This document shows positions 39,569-53,968 of a stretch of 64,000 nucleotides of DNA, in pieces (positions within the stretch are counted from its first letter, which is position 1; each line of letters opens with the position of its first letter). A program made the translations under genes and the position numbers. Source of the DNA: Eledone cirrhosa (lineage: Eukaryota); NCBI GenBank assembly GCA_964016885.1, contig OZ024740.1, positions 176,204,001 to 176,268,000 on the forward strand. The letters run 5' to 3'. The notes beneath the pieces are model-generated. The model saw nothing but the letters and a program-made list of their open reading frames with translations, was not told where the DNA came from and made no database searches.

Positions 39569-42544
39569 CTAGCATATGGAGTGTGCATATTGGTATTATA
39601 CGCAAATATATATATGTAAATTGAAAAGTAAATTGACAATATCTTCTTCGCCCATTTATTTCTGAGAGGGTCGTGGCGGCAGTGTCCTTTTCAAACACTC
39701 CTTCCAGCGAGTCTGTCAGAAGTAAACGTCTCTAACTAATCCAGCTGGATCCCAAAGTTTGACCAGCCAAGCTCATGGATGTTATCCAACTATCTTGCTC
39801 AGGGTCTACCTCTGGGTCTGTTGACGGTTGGTTTTGCCTGTAAAATGTGTCCAGCGATTCTTTACTGAGACATTCTAACCACATGCTCATAATATTGGAG
39901 TTGTGATCTCTCAATTCAGAGAAGTAGCGGTTCTACCAGGAGTGACTCTCTGGTCTCTAAGCTATGCACTTTATCGAGTAACGTTACTCCAAAGACCCTT
40001 CGGAGGAATCCCATTTCTGTCGCTTTTATTTGCAATTGTATTTTTTGGTCATTACCCAAGATTCATGATCCTCAGTAAGAGTTGGCAGGAATACCAGGCA
40101 AACAGCGAGTTTGGCTTTTACACCTACCCCCTTCTTCTGATTGCTGAATGCTGAGGCTAGCGCATTATTGCATGGATTGGCAGTATCGGTAGAGGGTCGG
40201 ACGCCATGCTTTCCAGCATAGTTACGTCCCTGAGTTCAAATCCCGCCGAGGTTGACTTTGCCTTTCGTTCTTACGGGGTCGATAAAATAAAGTACCAGTA
40301 ATGCACTGGGTAATTGCTGGCCTTGTGCCTAAAGTAGAAACAATTATTGCATCAGCTTTTGCAATTCGTGCACTTAATTCAGCCTCCTGCATTCCATCAC
40401 TCATGAAAACGGTTCCAAGATACTTGAACTTCTCTAACAGCTTCAGTAGAACTCCATTCACATTTATATACATTTGAGGGACTTCTGTCCACCCGTCCAT
40501 CACGCAATGTTTATGTGTGTTTGAGTGAATGTATGTGTGTGTAAAAGGAATATATGATAGTGATTGGAATATATGATAAAAATGGTGACACACACACACG
40601 TCTCTAATTTAAGAACACCGACAAACTCGCGCGTGCACACTGTCCTATTACCACTTAAGAGCTTTGGCCCGAGCAAACATCCCCTCCCCAATTTTAGAAA
40701 CGTCTGGGTTGTCCAGAATTGATGGGAAAAGTCTTGACGGTCTTACTCTGTGCTCTTGGTCAAGAGGCAGGTGCCTTACCTGGGACGTCACAGTTGGTGA
40801 CTCTTTTGCTTCTTCCCACATCCTGGATGCAGCAGTAAGGGCGAGTGCTACAGCATCCGCAGCTGAACGGAACAAAATCCTAAAATACCGTGTTCTGTTA
40901 GCTAACTACATTATCCAGCATGTGGCGTTCGAGACGTTTGGGGGAGTCGGGCTACCGACAGCGAGGTTCTTATCTTCACTGGCGGCTCGCCAAACAGAGG
41001 TAACTGGTAATGCTCTTGAGGGCACTTGGTTGTTCCAGCACCTCAGCCCCGCCATTACCCCAAGTATCGCCGCGAGCGTGTTGGCTTGCCTAATAAATTA
41101 TTAGAGAGGTTTCCCAGTGCTCCTCGTTATATTGCTATCTTTTGCTCTGGTAGCGGCTCGCTTGTCCACCACTTTCGACTGCATATTGTTCTATGGGATC
41201 TAAGATGTGGGTATTACGTGCTTGTGTATTTTTTCTTTCTTTTTCTTCCTTTCCCTTTCCTTTGTATATATTATATTTGTTAGTGTTTTCGTTCTGGAAT
41301 ATAAAATTTTTATACAAATGAGTTTTTAAAAAAAAGATTGAGTTAAACTGTTGTTAATAAATAAATAAAAAATTGTACTTTTACCCTCCCATTTCCAATA
41401 CACCGAACGCTATCATGACTGTATGTGTGTGTTTGTGTAAATATATATGTGTGAATGTGTGTTTGTGTGAATGTATGTGTTTGTGTGAAACTATGTGTAT
41501 TTGTGTGAATGGGACGTCACAGTTAGTGACTCTTCTGCTACCGTGTTCTGTTAGCTAACTACATTATCATAATAGTTTATAACTTTGCCTATTAATCCTT
41601 ATGGTGAGCAAATGGAGTCACGTGCTGGCCTCCCCACAGACGTTTCCCCGGAGGATGGTAAGGGAGATGCGCTGGCAGAGCCATTTTCCCTTTCCTTTGT
41701 ATATATTATATTTGTTTGTGTTTTCGTTCTGTAAGCATTATATTAAATTTTTATACAAATGAGTTAAAAAAAAAAGAGTTAAACTGTGTTGTTAATAAAT
41801 AAATAAAACGTTATACTTCTTTTACGCCCCCGTTTCCAATTCACCGAACGCTATCATGACTGTATGTGTGTGTAAATGTATGTGTGAATGTGTTTGTGTG
41901 AATGTTTTTGTGTAAAAGTATGTGTATTTAACTGAATGTATGTCCGTGAGGGTGTATTTTTATAAGTTTGTGTTTGCACGATTATAGTTATATACTCATA
42001 ATAGTTATATACTCATACATATAGATGTATGGTATGTGCACAATCATACGCGTCAGCGTGTAGAACATCATAATCTCTCTATCTCTCTTATCACAAACTC
42101 TCGCTTTCTATATATAAGGTAGTGGCAACGATAAGGTAGTGGCGACGATATACCGGAAGTGTAGAAATTTGTAAATTTGAAAAGAAGTCAATTTCAAATT
42201 ATTTATAAATACGAAATTTAGTTATGAAATTTAGTACATAAATTAGGTAATATTCATTCATTATTTATGGACTGGCAGTATCGGTAGAGGGTCGGACGCC
42301 ATGCTTTGACGCATAGAGTTACGGCCCTTGCCATTCTGAGTTCAAATCCCGCCGAGGTTAACTTTGCCTTTCATCCTCACGGGGTCGATAAAATAAAGTA
42401 CCAGTAATACACTGGATGATTGCTGGCCTTGTGCCAAAAGCAGAAACAATTATTTATTCAAAGTAATCGAACTTATTTTACAAACGGGATAAAAACATTT
42501 ATTCTGGATGCACTCCCGCACTCCTTACTTTATTATAGTTTAGA
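39569..42544 (-). mobile_element. Probable non-autonomous Helitron carrying nested or captured fragments
   Basis: Minus-strand 5' end TCTAAACTATAATAAAGTAAGGA (shared with 62405 and 51899), 3' end ...CATATGCTAG, inserted between A and T. Contains RTE, SINE and RLE fragments. Confidence 0.65.
40655..41104 (+). pseudogene. C-terminal restriction-like endonuclease fragment of a CRE/R2-type non-LTR element
   Basis: GLSRIDGKSLDGLTLCSWSRGRCLTWDVTV...AERNKILKY...FETFGG. Confidence 0.7.
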
Positions 42545-43449
42545 TTATATATTCCCGTCGACGTTAACTTTGCCTTTCATCCTTACAGGGTCGATAAAAT
42601 AAAGTACCATTAATGTACTGGGTATTTGCTGGCCTTGTGCCAAACGTAGAAACAATTATATTATATATATTCTTCTTTAAATACATAACTCTATTACATG
42701 ATCTTTGGAAAATTGAAATTGGAGGCAGAAAGTAGAGTTCAATATCTACATGAGTATATGTTATATGACAACGAGAATGTATTTGGGTGAAGTGTGTTTT
42801 CTATATCAATGTAACATCCACGTTTGATGAATTTTAAAACCTCTTTTTGAATGTAAACTTGACGTGTTAAAAACTTTATTAAACCTTCAAGAAATATAAT
42901 GACAAACCTGCGTGCACAAAGTTCCACAGAAACACACAAATACCCTCCCACTAAAAACACAAATACAAGCACACTTCTGTAAAATCCACCAAACTACCCA
43001 TTTTCAGGATCTTTATTTAAAACATGATGGTATTTAGATCACTTCTAAGACTATTAGTTGGTATTAAATACACTGAAAATTTGACATTATCAGCATCCTT
43101 GCTATCAAATGGCAGAGAAAACCTTATTTTCTTGTCTAAGTTATTCATGAAACACGAAACGCCGATCAGAACAAACTCCAATAACATAGTTGATGTAATG
43201 TCACTTTTGCTGAGGAGATATTTTTTTCAGCTATTGACATAAACTCTTCAGCCGACCTTCGTATTGCTCATATGTTACACATAGATTTACTCATTGGGAT
43301 CTGAAATTGTTTTCAAAACGAATATAAAATGTTATATCAGTATATATAATGTATTTAACAACAGTTGTAAAATTACTACAAAATCATAAATATTTATATT
43401 TGAAAAATGTAAAAGTTTGTATAGATTCACTCTTTTGGCTTATTTTCAG

Positions 43450-43485
43450 CTCACGTCTCACAAATATTGAAGAAGATAGGATGGT
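43450..43485 (+). CDS. Micro-exon B2: AHVSQILKKIGW
   Basis: tattttcag|36 nt|gtaagt. Confidence 0.78.
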
Positions 43486-45135
43486 GTAAGTTTATATATG
43501 ATTTCTTTTATATTTTCTTTATATTAAAGGGGCCGGATTGGTAGAATCGATAGAGCGTCGGACCACATGCTTTGTGGTTTTCCCACTTTATCATTCTTCT
43601 TCTTCTTCTTCTTCTTCTTCTTCTTCTTGAGAAGGTCATGGACCAGACTCCATCGGGTCCTGTTAGAAGCAACCATCTCCAACTGATCCTGCTGTATCCC
43701 CAAATGAGACCAACTATGTTCATGGATGTTATCCAACCATCTTGTTCGGGGTCTACCCCTGAGTCTCCTGCCATTTGGTGTTGCCCGTAAAATATGTCCA
43801 GCGATTCTCTCCTGAGATATTCTAATTCCATGCCCAGAGTATCGGAGCTGTGATCTCTCCCTTCGGTGAAGTAGCGGCTCTACCTGGAGTGACTCTATTA
43901 TATATCTTTCTTTCTTCCCATTAATTTTTTTAATAGTCTCTGTAAACAATACTTATTTCTCTTCTTAGTATTTGCCTGTATTGCACTTTATCGTTGGCTT
44001 TATTTTTTGTCTGGGATAATCAATACATAAATATAATGGAAATATAGATTCTCTACATGTCGCACATTTTCTGTTTGATGGCCAAACATTCGAAAGTGTT
44101 ATCTTTAGAGACTATGTTGTCATGATCATAACCAGATGGCTAGATATTTTCCCACGATCGCTTAAGCCATTTATATATGATATATATGTACATATAGATA
44201 TTTTTCTGAGTTTGTGGAGAGGTCAATCCATTTAGTATCAAATTATCATTATACTTTGCCTTTCATCCTTACGGGGTCGATAAAATAAAGTACCAGTAAT
44301 GTACTGGGTAATTGCTGGTCTTGTGCCAAAAGTAGAAACAATTATACACATACATACATGATGGCTGTCCCCTCGTTATCGAGTATGGCCATTGCACGAT
44401 ATACCATTATTACCAATTATTAATTAATGCGATCGTGCAATGCCTGTACGTGAAGATTTTGTTTAAAGTGCGGAAAAACTGTGCACTGAGCTAATCCCAC
44501 TCTCTGAGCGACAGTAGCTATAACCCTTAAAGAAGAAAAGATAAACATCATCGGTAACTACTGAGCCGCAGGCTTTATGTAGGAGTTATCCCAGTTTCCT
44601 GAGTTGCCTTCTCCTAGAAGAATGCCCTGACAAATGTTAGGGTTCTTTCACTCCCTGCGATTTAATCGCGCGATTGAGTGTCCAGCCCAACTACTTCTAT
44701 GTCCATGCCTATAAACATATGCACATATGCATATGCATATGTACGTATATGTATATACGTAGATATGTACATGTGTATATACATATTTTTGAATGGCCGT
44801 TGAATCTTATGAGTTCTTCCACCCTTTGTCAGGTTTTGTTTTTTGTCTTGCAGGGTGTCCAAAATCACCCTTCTCACCAAGTAAACATACATACAAGCAT
44901 ACATTCATGCATGCATACATACATACATACATACATACATACATACATACATACATACATACATACATACATACACACATACATACATGTTTATGTTTAT
45001 ATATTTTCAGCTTTTGTTAAATTGATAAACAATCAGCCCGACTAATTCATACACATGCACACATGCATATACATACACATGCACACATGCATATACATAT
45101 ATACATATACATACATATGTATATACATATACATC

Positions 45136-45209
<74 letters not shown>

Positions 45210-45489
45210 CATATATACATATACACAGGTATTTGTCAGGTATTGATTTTTGTCTTGCAGGGTATCCAAAATCACCCTCCTTACCAAGTAAACATACATA
45301 CATGCATGCATACATACATACATACATACATACACACATACACACATACATACATACATACATACATACATACATACATACATACATACATACATACATA
45401 CATACATACATACATACATACATACATACATACATACATACATACATACATACATACATACATACATGTTCATATTTTTATATTTTCAG

Positions 45490-45528
45490 CTTTTGTTCAA
45501 TTGATAAACAATCTCTGCAGAATATATG
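45490..45528 (+). CDS. Micro-exon C2: [13 protein letters not shown]
   Basis: tattttcag|39 nt|gtaagg. A truncated donor-less duplicate lies at 45011-45034. Confidence 0.8.
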
Positions 45529-46376
45529 GTAAGGAAATAAATCATTTAAAAACTATGATGTATGTATGATTTTATTTCGAACAGAAAATGAGAGCATGAA
45601 TAGGTGTTATTTTAACAGCGTCAGCAAAACATAAATACACAATGCATCAACTTCACCAATCTGATAATTTTTCTACAACAGTATAAGATACCTTTAAGTT
45701 TTATTATGTAAAAAATCTATATACGCATATTCTAATTGTTAATCATAAACTACATAAAGCAAGAGCAAAATATAGTGTTTGGTTCACAAGTTCAATATCA
45801 CATGTTGATATACCCGCGTGTATACATGCATACAGTCGTTTAATTACAATGTAAACAGCCATGATGCTGGAGGTTTTCTGAATTCCTGTCGGTGTAATGT
45901 GTGTTCAGTGGTCAAGACACTTAAATATGAACAGATATGCCTAGAATACCCTATATAATTAACTTGGATGGTATAATAATGTGGAATCGTCGAGTAAATT
46001 TGCTGTTATATAAATATAGATTTTACGAGTGGTCCACACTTTCCTGAGGCTAGATTTATCCCATACAATAAGAAGAAAAATAACTGCGGTTCATGTTTAT
46101 GTAAAACGAAGTAACTATGTCAAGTTTAGACTTTACTATATGAGTGACATTCCTGATGCTGATGTTCAATCCAATTATATGTAGATCGATGCCTATTGGA
46201 AACTTCCTATCAATGAGAAGTTTGTCTTTGATTTGCTTAAGTATGTTTCAAAAATGTTTCTTTAATCAGTAAATATATAAACGTGGACACATTCCCTTAA
46301 AACGTTTAGCTTTATCTTTATTAATGAATGGAATATATTAATATTATCATAATACAATTTCTTAAAAACTTTTCAG

Positions 46377-46421
46377 GTCGCCGCATTAACTGTCAGAAAT
46401 GGACGTTCAAGGGTTATTATA
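46377..46421 (+). CDS. Micro-exon D2: GRRINCQKWTFKGYY
   Basis: cttttcag|45 nt|gtatgt. Confidence 0.8.
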
Positions 46422-47622
46422 GTATGTATTTTAATATTTTACATTCTATATTAATTATTAAGATTGAGAAATGAATTAATTAGTTTTCCTCATTTCACCA
46501 TCATTAATAAAGTTAAGCTTGATTGAATAATTACGCTTCCCAGAACTCACACTACAAACGAAACAAACACCTTGGCAAACCGACCATAATAACCAATTTG
46601 TAACTGTAAAGGTCCTGCAATCAGACCACATTGATAGTTAAAATATTTATAACATCTCCGCATGCGATAGTTTACATTGAATAGCCGATATCAACACCAC
46701 CTAGAATCGTTGAATTTAAGACTTGAGGAAATTCCTGTAATTGTACCAACTATTATGGAAACCTAGGAGCGGCGGATGAGAACAGACTTAAATTACATAG
46801 AACACAGTTGACATCTTTTCTAATAGGAAATTTGTGATCGGGTACTGGCATAGAATATTCCAGAAATATTAGTTAAGATATAACTGTGTAATAAGAGTTT
46901 ATTTATATATACCTCATATAATGAAGCTAGTGTTAAAAATACAACTGCATATCTTTGAAAAATACAAATGCATTTAGGTCACATTTTATAGAGCGTATAA
47001 AGCTTGGGGAACCCTAATTCCGACAGGAGCCGCAAGAAGGCATGGTTGAGGACTTGCTTCTACAACCCACCCAGGTATAAGTGGGTAAAGAAGACAAAAA
47101 ATATGTATGTATGTTTGTATACAAAGGCGCGGGCACATGTAAGAGTAATCTGGGCCAATCTTCTTGGTACTGAATTCATAGAAAACCTGATATTATTAGC
47201 ATCGCTGATATCAAACGGCAGAATTAACCAAATTCAATTAATGAAGTAAAGTAGGGACAGCCGATCAGAACGGACACAATTACCATAGTAATATAATCTC
47301 AGTGTGGCTAGGAGATGGGTTTTCAGCAATCACTATGATATATTAAAAAAGTATTATTTAAAATATACTTGTGTACAATCACTTATTTCAGACTACACCA
47401 CATATTCGGAAACCACTGTTAGAAATCAGATTTCATATACATGAAATACACAGAACCATTAACGTTACATTAGATACTTAAGGTGAGACGCTAGCGTCTC
47501 ACCTACAGTATCTAAAGTAACGTTTAAATAAGTTTGGAACATATTTCTGATGTTATCTATGAAAGATTCCTAACGTAATATATTCCTAGAATATATATTT
47601 CTTTGCTCTTTTCTCTGTACAG

Positions 47623-47661
47623 TACATAACAAAGTACCACGAAAGTATTACGATAGAAAAG
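47623..47661 (+). CDS. Micro-exon A11: IHNKVPRKYYDRK
   Basis: ttctctgtacag|39 nt|gttata (weaker donor). Confidence 0.6.
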
Positions 47662-48227
47662 GTTATATTGTAAAACATGCTTTATTATATTATATATACT
47701 GCTTTAAATACATAACTCATTTACATAATACATATGGAAAAATTCGAAATAGATGACAGAAAGTAGGGTTCAATATCTACATGAGTATATATATTATATA
47801 CAAACATGAATGTATTTTGGAGAAGTGTGTTTTCTCTACGAATATAGCATTCTCATTTTATGAATTACATTATTTTAAGGCTTAATTTTGAAAGTTCTTT
47901 TTGAACGTAAATTAGACGTTTTAAAAAAAAAATATTAAACCGTCTACAAATGTAATGCACAAACATGTGTGCAGAAATATACGAAGATGCACAGAAACAC
48001 ACAAATACCCCCAACACAGAAATGCATACACATATGCATAAACCCACGAAACTACCTAATTTAAAGCATTTTATTTCAATCATGATATGTAGAGCAGCTC
48101 TAAAACTATAGTTTGGTATTAAATAAGTTTGGAACATATTACTGGTTTTCCTGATGTTACCAATAAAACATTCCACACGCAATATATTTTCTGAAATATA
48201 TATTTCTTTGTTCTTTTCTGTTTACAG

Positions 48228-48266
48228 GACATGGCTATGCACCACGAAACTATTACCATAGAGGAG
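48228..48266 (+). CDS. Micro-exon A12: GHGYAPRNYYHRG
   Basis: tttacag|39 nt|gtgata. Confidence 0.78.
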
Positions 48267-48718
48267 GTGATATGATGAAACATATTTTATTATATTATAT
48301 ATACTTCTTTGTATACATATCTCAGTGTAATCAAACGTCAGATGAAACCTCATTTTATTTTATCAGTTAGTCATGAAACAAAGGAAACGCCGATCAGAAC
48401 GGACACGAATACCATAGTCAACATAATCTCAAGTGTGGCTAGATGTGGTTTCAGCAATCAATTATTATTTAAAATATACTTGTGTACAATCACTTATTTA
48501 ATACATACCCCATATTAGAAATCCGATTTCTTATACTTCAAATATACAGAAACACTTATGTTACATTAGATACTGAAGGTGAGACGTTATGTTTAACTCT
48601 CAGAAACGTTTAAATAAGGTTGGAATGTATTACTGATCTTGTAAATGTTACGTATAATAGATTTCAAACGTAATATATTTTCTAATATATATATTCGTTT
48701 ATTCTTTTCTGCTTACAG

Positions 48719-48757
48719 AACGTAGCAAAGTACCACGAAGGTATTACCATATAACAG
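48719..48757 (+). pseudogene. A-type exon A13 lacking a GT donor (ERSKVPRRYYHIT)
   Basis: cttacag|39 nt|gggaaa. Confidence 0.6.
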
Positions 48758-50669
48758 GGGAAATGATGAAACATCTTTCATTTGAATTGGCAGTATCGGT
48801 AGAGGATTGGACATGCTTTCCAGCATAGTTACGTCCCTTTACGATCTGAGTTCAAATCCGGCCGAGGTTAACTTTGCCTTTCATCCTTACGGGGTCGATA
48901 AAATAAAGTACCAGTAATGTACTGATAATTGCTGGCCTTGTGCCTAAAATAGAAACAATTATATTATATATATTTAATGCACTGGGATAATTGCTGGCCT
49001 GGTGCCAAAAGTAGAAACAATTATGAAAAACCATATTTGGCGGTGGATTGGCAGTATCGGTAGAGAGTCGGACGCCATGCTTTGACGCATAGAGTTACGG
49101 CCCTTGCCATTCTGACTTCAAATCCCGCCGAGGTTAACTTTGCCTTTCATCCTTACGGGGTCGATAAAATAAAGTACCAGTAATACACTAGGTAATTTGC
49201 TGGCCTTATGCCAAACGTAGAAACAATTATATATATTTCTTTAAATACATAACTCTTTTACATGAAATATTGAAAATATTGGAAAATTGGATTTTGGGGG
49301 CAGAAAATAGGGTTCAATATCTACATGAGTATATATGTTATATAAAAATAAGAATGTATTTGGGAGAAGTGTATTTTCTGTATCAATGTAACATCCACGT
49401 TTTATGAATATACATTATTTCAAAGGTCAATTTTGAAACCTCTTTTTGAATGTGAACTTGACGTTTCAACATTATTTAACCTTCAACAAAGGGCGGTGAA
49501 TTGGCAGTATCGGTAGAGGGTCCTACGCCATGCTTTCACGCATAGAGTTACGGCCCTTGCAATTCTGAGTTCAAATCCCGCCGAGGTTAACTTTGCCTTT
49601 CATCCTTACGGGGTCGATAAAATAAAGTACCAGTAATGTACTGGATAATTTCTGGCCTTGTGCCAATAGTAGAAACAATTATTTAACCTTCAATAAATGT
49701 AATGCAAAAACATGCGTGCAGCAGGTTGCACAGAAACACACAAACACCCTTCCTCACACATACGCTACCCACAGACACAAACACAAAGCAACATCCATAA
49801 GCCCATCAAACTGACCATTTTGTATGTTTTTATTTAAAATATTCGATGTTGAACACCTCTGAGACCAACAGTTAGTATTGAATACATACAAAAGCTGATA
49901 TTATTAGCATCCTTGAAATCAAACGGTAGAGGAAACTTCCTTTTCTTGTATCAGTTATTCATGAAATACAGGGAAACGCCGATCAGAAGAATATATTTGG
50001 GAGAAGTGTTTTCTGTATCAATATAACATCTTCATTTCATGAGCTTACATTATTTTTACGCTCAAATTTGAAACTTCTCTTCGAATGTAAACTTGACGTG
50101 TTAAAATCATTATTAAAACTTCAAGAAATATAATGAATAAACATTTGTGTAGAAAGTTGCACAGAAATACACAAATACCCATCCCCTAAAACATAAATAG
50201 AAACACACTTCCGTAAATCCACCAAACTGTCCATTTAAAACATGATGATATTTAGAGCAGTTCTAAGACTATCAGTTGGTATTAAATACAAAGAAAATTT
50301 GACATTGTTAGCATCATTGCTCTTAAAAGGCAGAAAAAAAACTTATTTTCTTGTCTCAGTTATTGATGAAACGCCGATCAGAACGAACTCCAATAACATA
50401 GTTGATACAATGTGACTTTTACCGAGGAGAAGTTTTTTTCAGCTATTGACATAAACTCTTCAGCCGACCCTCGTATTGCTGATTTGTTACACATAGATTT
50501 ACTCATTGGGATCTGAAATTGTTTTCAAAACGAATATGAAAGTTTACATCAGTGTATATAATGTATTTAACAACAGTTGTAAAATATCTCAATTATTAGA
50601 AAATCATTAATATTTATATTTGAATATTTTTCAGTTTGTATATATTCACCTTTTTTTGCCTATTTTCAG

Positions 50670-50705
50670 GTGGCCGCCCACATATATTGAAGGAGATAGG
50701 AAAGT
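50670..50705 (+). CDS. Micro-exon B3: GGRPHILKEIGK
   Basis: tattttcag|36 nt|gtaagt. Confidence 0.8.
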
Positions 50706-52399
50706 GTAAGTTGATATGTAATTTCTTTTAAGTTTCCTTTATATTAAAGGCGACAAATTGGTAGTATTGGTAGAGCGTGAGGCAGCATGTTTGCGACATA
50801 GAGTTACAGCCCCTTTACGGTCTGAGTTCAAATCCCGCCGACGTTAACTTTGCCGACGTCATTTTTACGGGGTCGTTAAAATAAAGTACCCGTAATTCAC
50901 TGTGTTAATTGTTGGCCCTGTGCCCAAAGTAGAAACAATTATATTAAATCCGTCAATTTCAACGGTGCCTGGGAGACTACTGTGGATATGGCCACAAACT
51001 TCTCTTGTAGACCAATCCAAAACGAAATAATAAAGTAAAATAACGAGAAAAAATTGCAAAGAAATCCCTTCATATGACGAACATAGATATTGCATATATA
51101 GATGAGGATTTTGCTAGATTCTCGTTCAATTTTGTAACTTTCATTACATTCTACATATGTCTATTTTGAAGTCTGAGTGAATTGTTTAAAACCTAAATAG
51201 ACGAAATTTCGAAGGTGTGTAACTTGCCATATATATACTGTGTTGTGTCTACAAACAAAGGACTTTATTTAAAAAGACACACGAGGAAAAAAACAATCCC
51301 TTTGCTTGTATAAGTTCTATGGTATGAGGGGTAAATGTAGTGATATCACGTGACACTATTCCACAATCAAATGTAAGAGCCTATAATCACTGAGTTAATG
51401 AAACACTCGATAAACATACGGTATTCCCACTTTATCATTCTTCTTCTTCTTCTTCTTCTTCAGAATCTCAAACACTCCTTCCATCGGGTCCTATTAGAAG
51501 CAACCGTCTCCCACTTATCTATATGCATGTATGAATGTGTATGTCTATGCGCCAGGACACAGAAATAGTCGGGCTGGATATCCGATCGCGTGATTAAACC
51601 AGTGAGACTGAAGGACCACTAGCCTTTGTCAGAGCATTCTTCTAGAAGAAGGCAACTGTGGACACCGGGATAACTCCGACACAAAACCTGCGGCTGAGTA
51701 GTTACCGATGATGTTTCTCTTTTCTGTCCGGGTTATACCTACTGTCGCTCAGAGAGTGGGATTGGCTCAGTGCACAGTCTTTCCTCACTTTAAAAGAACC
51801 TGCACGCACAGGCATTGCACGATAGAATTAATTAATAATTATTAATATATCGTGCAATGGCCATGCTCGATAACGAGGGGACAGCCATCATGTATGTATC
51901 TAAACTGTAATAAAGTAAGGAATCCGGGACTGCGTATGGTTTATTTCTTTTAATCCAGTTAGTAAAATAGGTTGGATTACTTTGAATAAATAATGAATGA
52001 ATATTACATAATTGATCTATTAAATTTCGTAGCTGTTGATTAAATATATTTTATTACTTATCTAAAGATTTACTTCTTTAAAATTTTCAAATGTCAACAC
52101 TTCCGGTTAGCGATCGCTTAAATAAACATTCATATCTTTCTGTCACTAATTTTCTCCCAATGCAGTTCATATACAATATCGTCTTTTCTTAATGTGTACA
52201 TGTTTATATACATATTTACATATTTTTTATATGGCCGTTGACTCATATGAGTTCTTCCGCAATTAGCCTACTTAAATTTCATTAACCTAATGATAACATA
52301 GTGGTCTTTCCTCACTAAATTATACAGTTAGTTATTTAATCTTCTTGTAAGTAAGACCTCCCTGCCTACATTTAAAATTATATTCTAGTTACTATGCTT

Positions 52400-52985
52400 T
52401 CAGAGCATAGTAACTAAAATAAGAACAGAATGGGAAAAAATTTAAGGAACTATTGTCTTTACTGGAAACAAATGAGGTATCTCTCTCTCTATGTGAACGG
52501 TAGATTATATGATAGTTGGGTCTATAGTGCAATGTTGCATGGTAGTGAAACATGGGCATTGAATGCAGAACATGCACAAAGGTTAGATTCAATTAAAAAA
52601 GTGAGCAGACTCTGCTGGATATGTCATATTAGTGTGCATCAACTACAAAGCACCGATGAATTGAAAGGAAAACTTGATATATGAGGAATTGAATATTGCA
52701 TTGAAGAGAGAAAGCTGTGCTGGCATAGACATATAATGTATATGGATGATGACAGTTGAGTAAAGATGTGGCAGGAGTTCCAAGTGGTAGGAGCTAGTGG
52801 AAGAAGAAGACTAAGGAAAAGATGAACAGATGTGATGAATGCTGATCTTAGGATGATGAACCTCATAGAGGAAACGTTGAAGAAATACAAATAGCAAGAT
52901 GCTTTCTTTGAGAGGAGCTACCCAACCTATGGAAGCATGGAAAAGCAGATATAAAAATAATGTGGATGATGATGATGGTGGTGGT
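52400..52985 (+). mobile_element. Degenerate RTE-like LINE 3' fragment
   Basis: GRLYDSWVYSAMLHGSETWAL...; (GAT)n-like tail. Confidence 0.65.
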
Positions 52986-53098
52986 TTTGTTTTTTTGTTC
53001 TAGAGGGTGTCCCAAATCACCCTCCTCACCAAGTAAACATACATACATACATACATATACACATATATACATATATGTTCATGTTTTTATATTTTCAG

Positions 53099-53137
53099 CA
53101 TTTGTGGAACGGCTAAACTATCTCTGCAGAAGATATG
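53099..53137 (+). CDS. Micro-exon C3: SFVERLNYLCRRY
   Basis: attttcag|39 nt|gtaagg. Confidence 0.8.
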
Positions 53138-53923
53138 GTAAGGCAATAAATCATTTAAAAACTATATGTATGTATGATTTTATTCCGAACAGAAAATGAG
53201 AGAATGAATAGGTGTTATTTTCTTAACCTCAGCAAAGCATAACTACACAATCTCGTAACTTTTCTAGAACAGTATATATACGCATATTCTAATTGTTAAT
53301 CTTAAACTACATAAAGCAAGAGCACAATATATTGTTTGCGGCATAAGTTCAATCTCACATGTTAATATACCCACGTGAAGACATGAATAAACTCATTTAA
53401 TTACAATGTAAACAGCCATGATGCTAGAGGTTTCTGACTTCCTGTCGGTGTAATGTGTGTTCAGTGGTCAAGACACTTAAATATGAATATATGAGCCCAG
53501 AATACCCTATATAATTAGCTTGGATGGTATAATAATGTGGAATCGTCGAGTAACTTTGCTGTTATATAAATATAGTTTTTACGAGTGGTCCACTCTTTGC
53601 CTGGGCTAGATTTATCCCATACAATAAGAAGAAAAATAACTGTGGCTCATGTTTATGTAAAAGGAAGTTTGTCTTTGATTTGCCTAAGTAGTCCTGTATG
53701 TTTCAAAGATGTATCTTCAATCAGTAAATATATAAACGTGGACACATTCCCTTAAAACGTTTAGCTTTATATTTACTCTTTTACTCTTTTACCTGTTATA
53801 GCCATCCGGCTGAGGCCTTGCTGCGCACCGCCCTTTAGTAATGTTTTAAATTTAATTCGAACACGGAACAATGTATGGAATATATTAATATCATCATAAT
53901 ACAATTTCTTAAAAACTTTTCAG

Positions 53924-53968
53924 GTCGCGTTATTAACTGTCAGAAATGGACGTTACAGGGTTATAATA
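53924..53968 (+). CDS. Micro-exon D3: GRVINCQKWTLQGYN
   Basis: cttttcag|45 nt|gtatgt. Confidence 0.8.
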
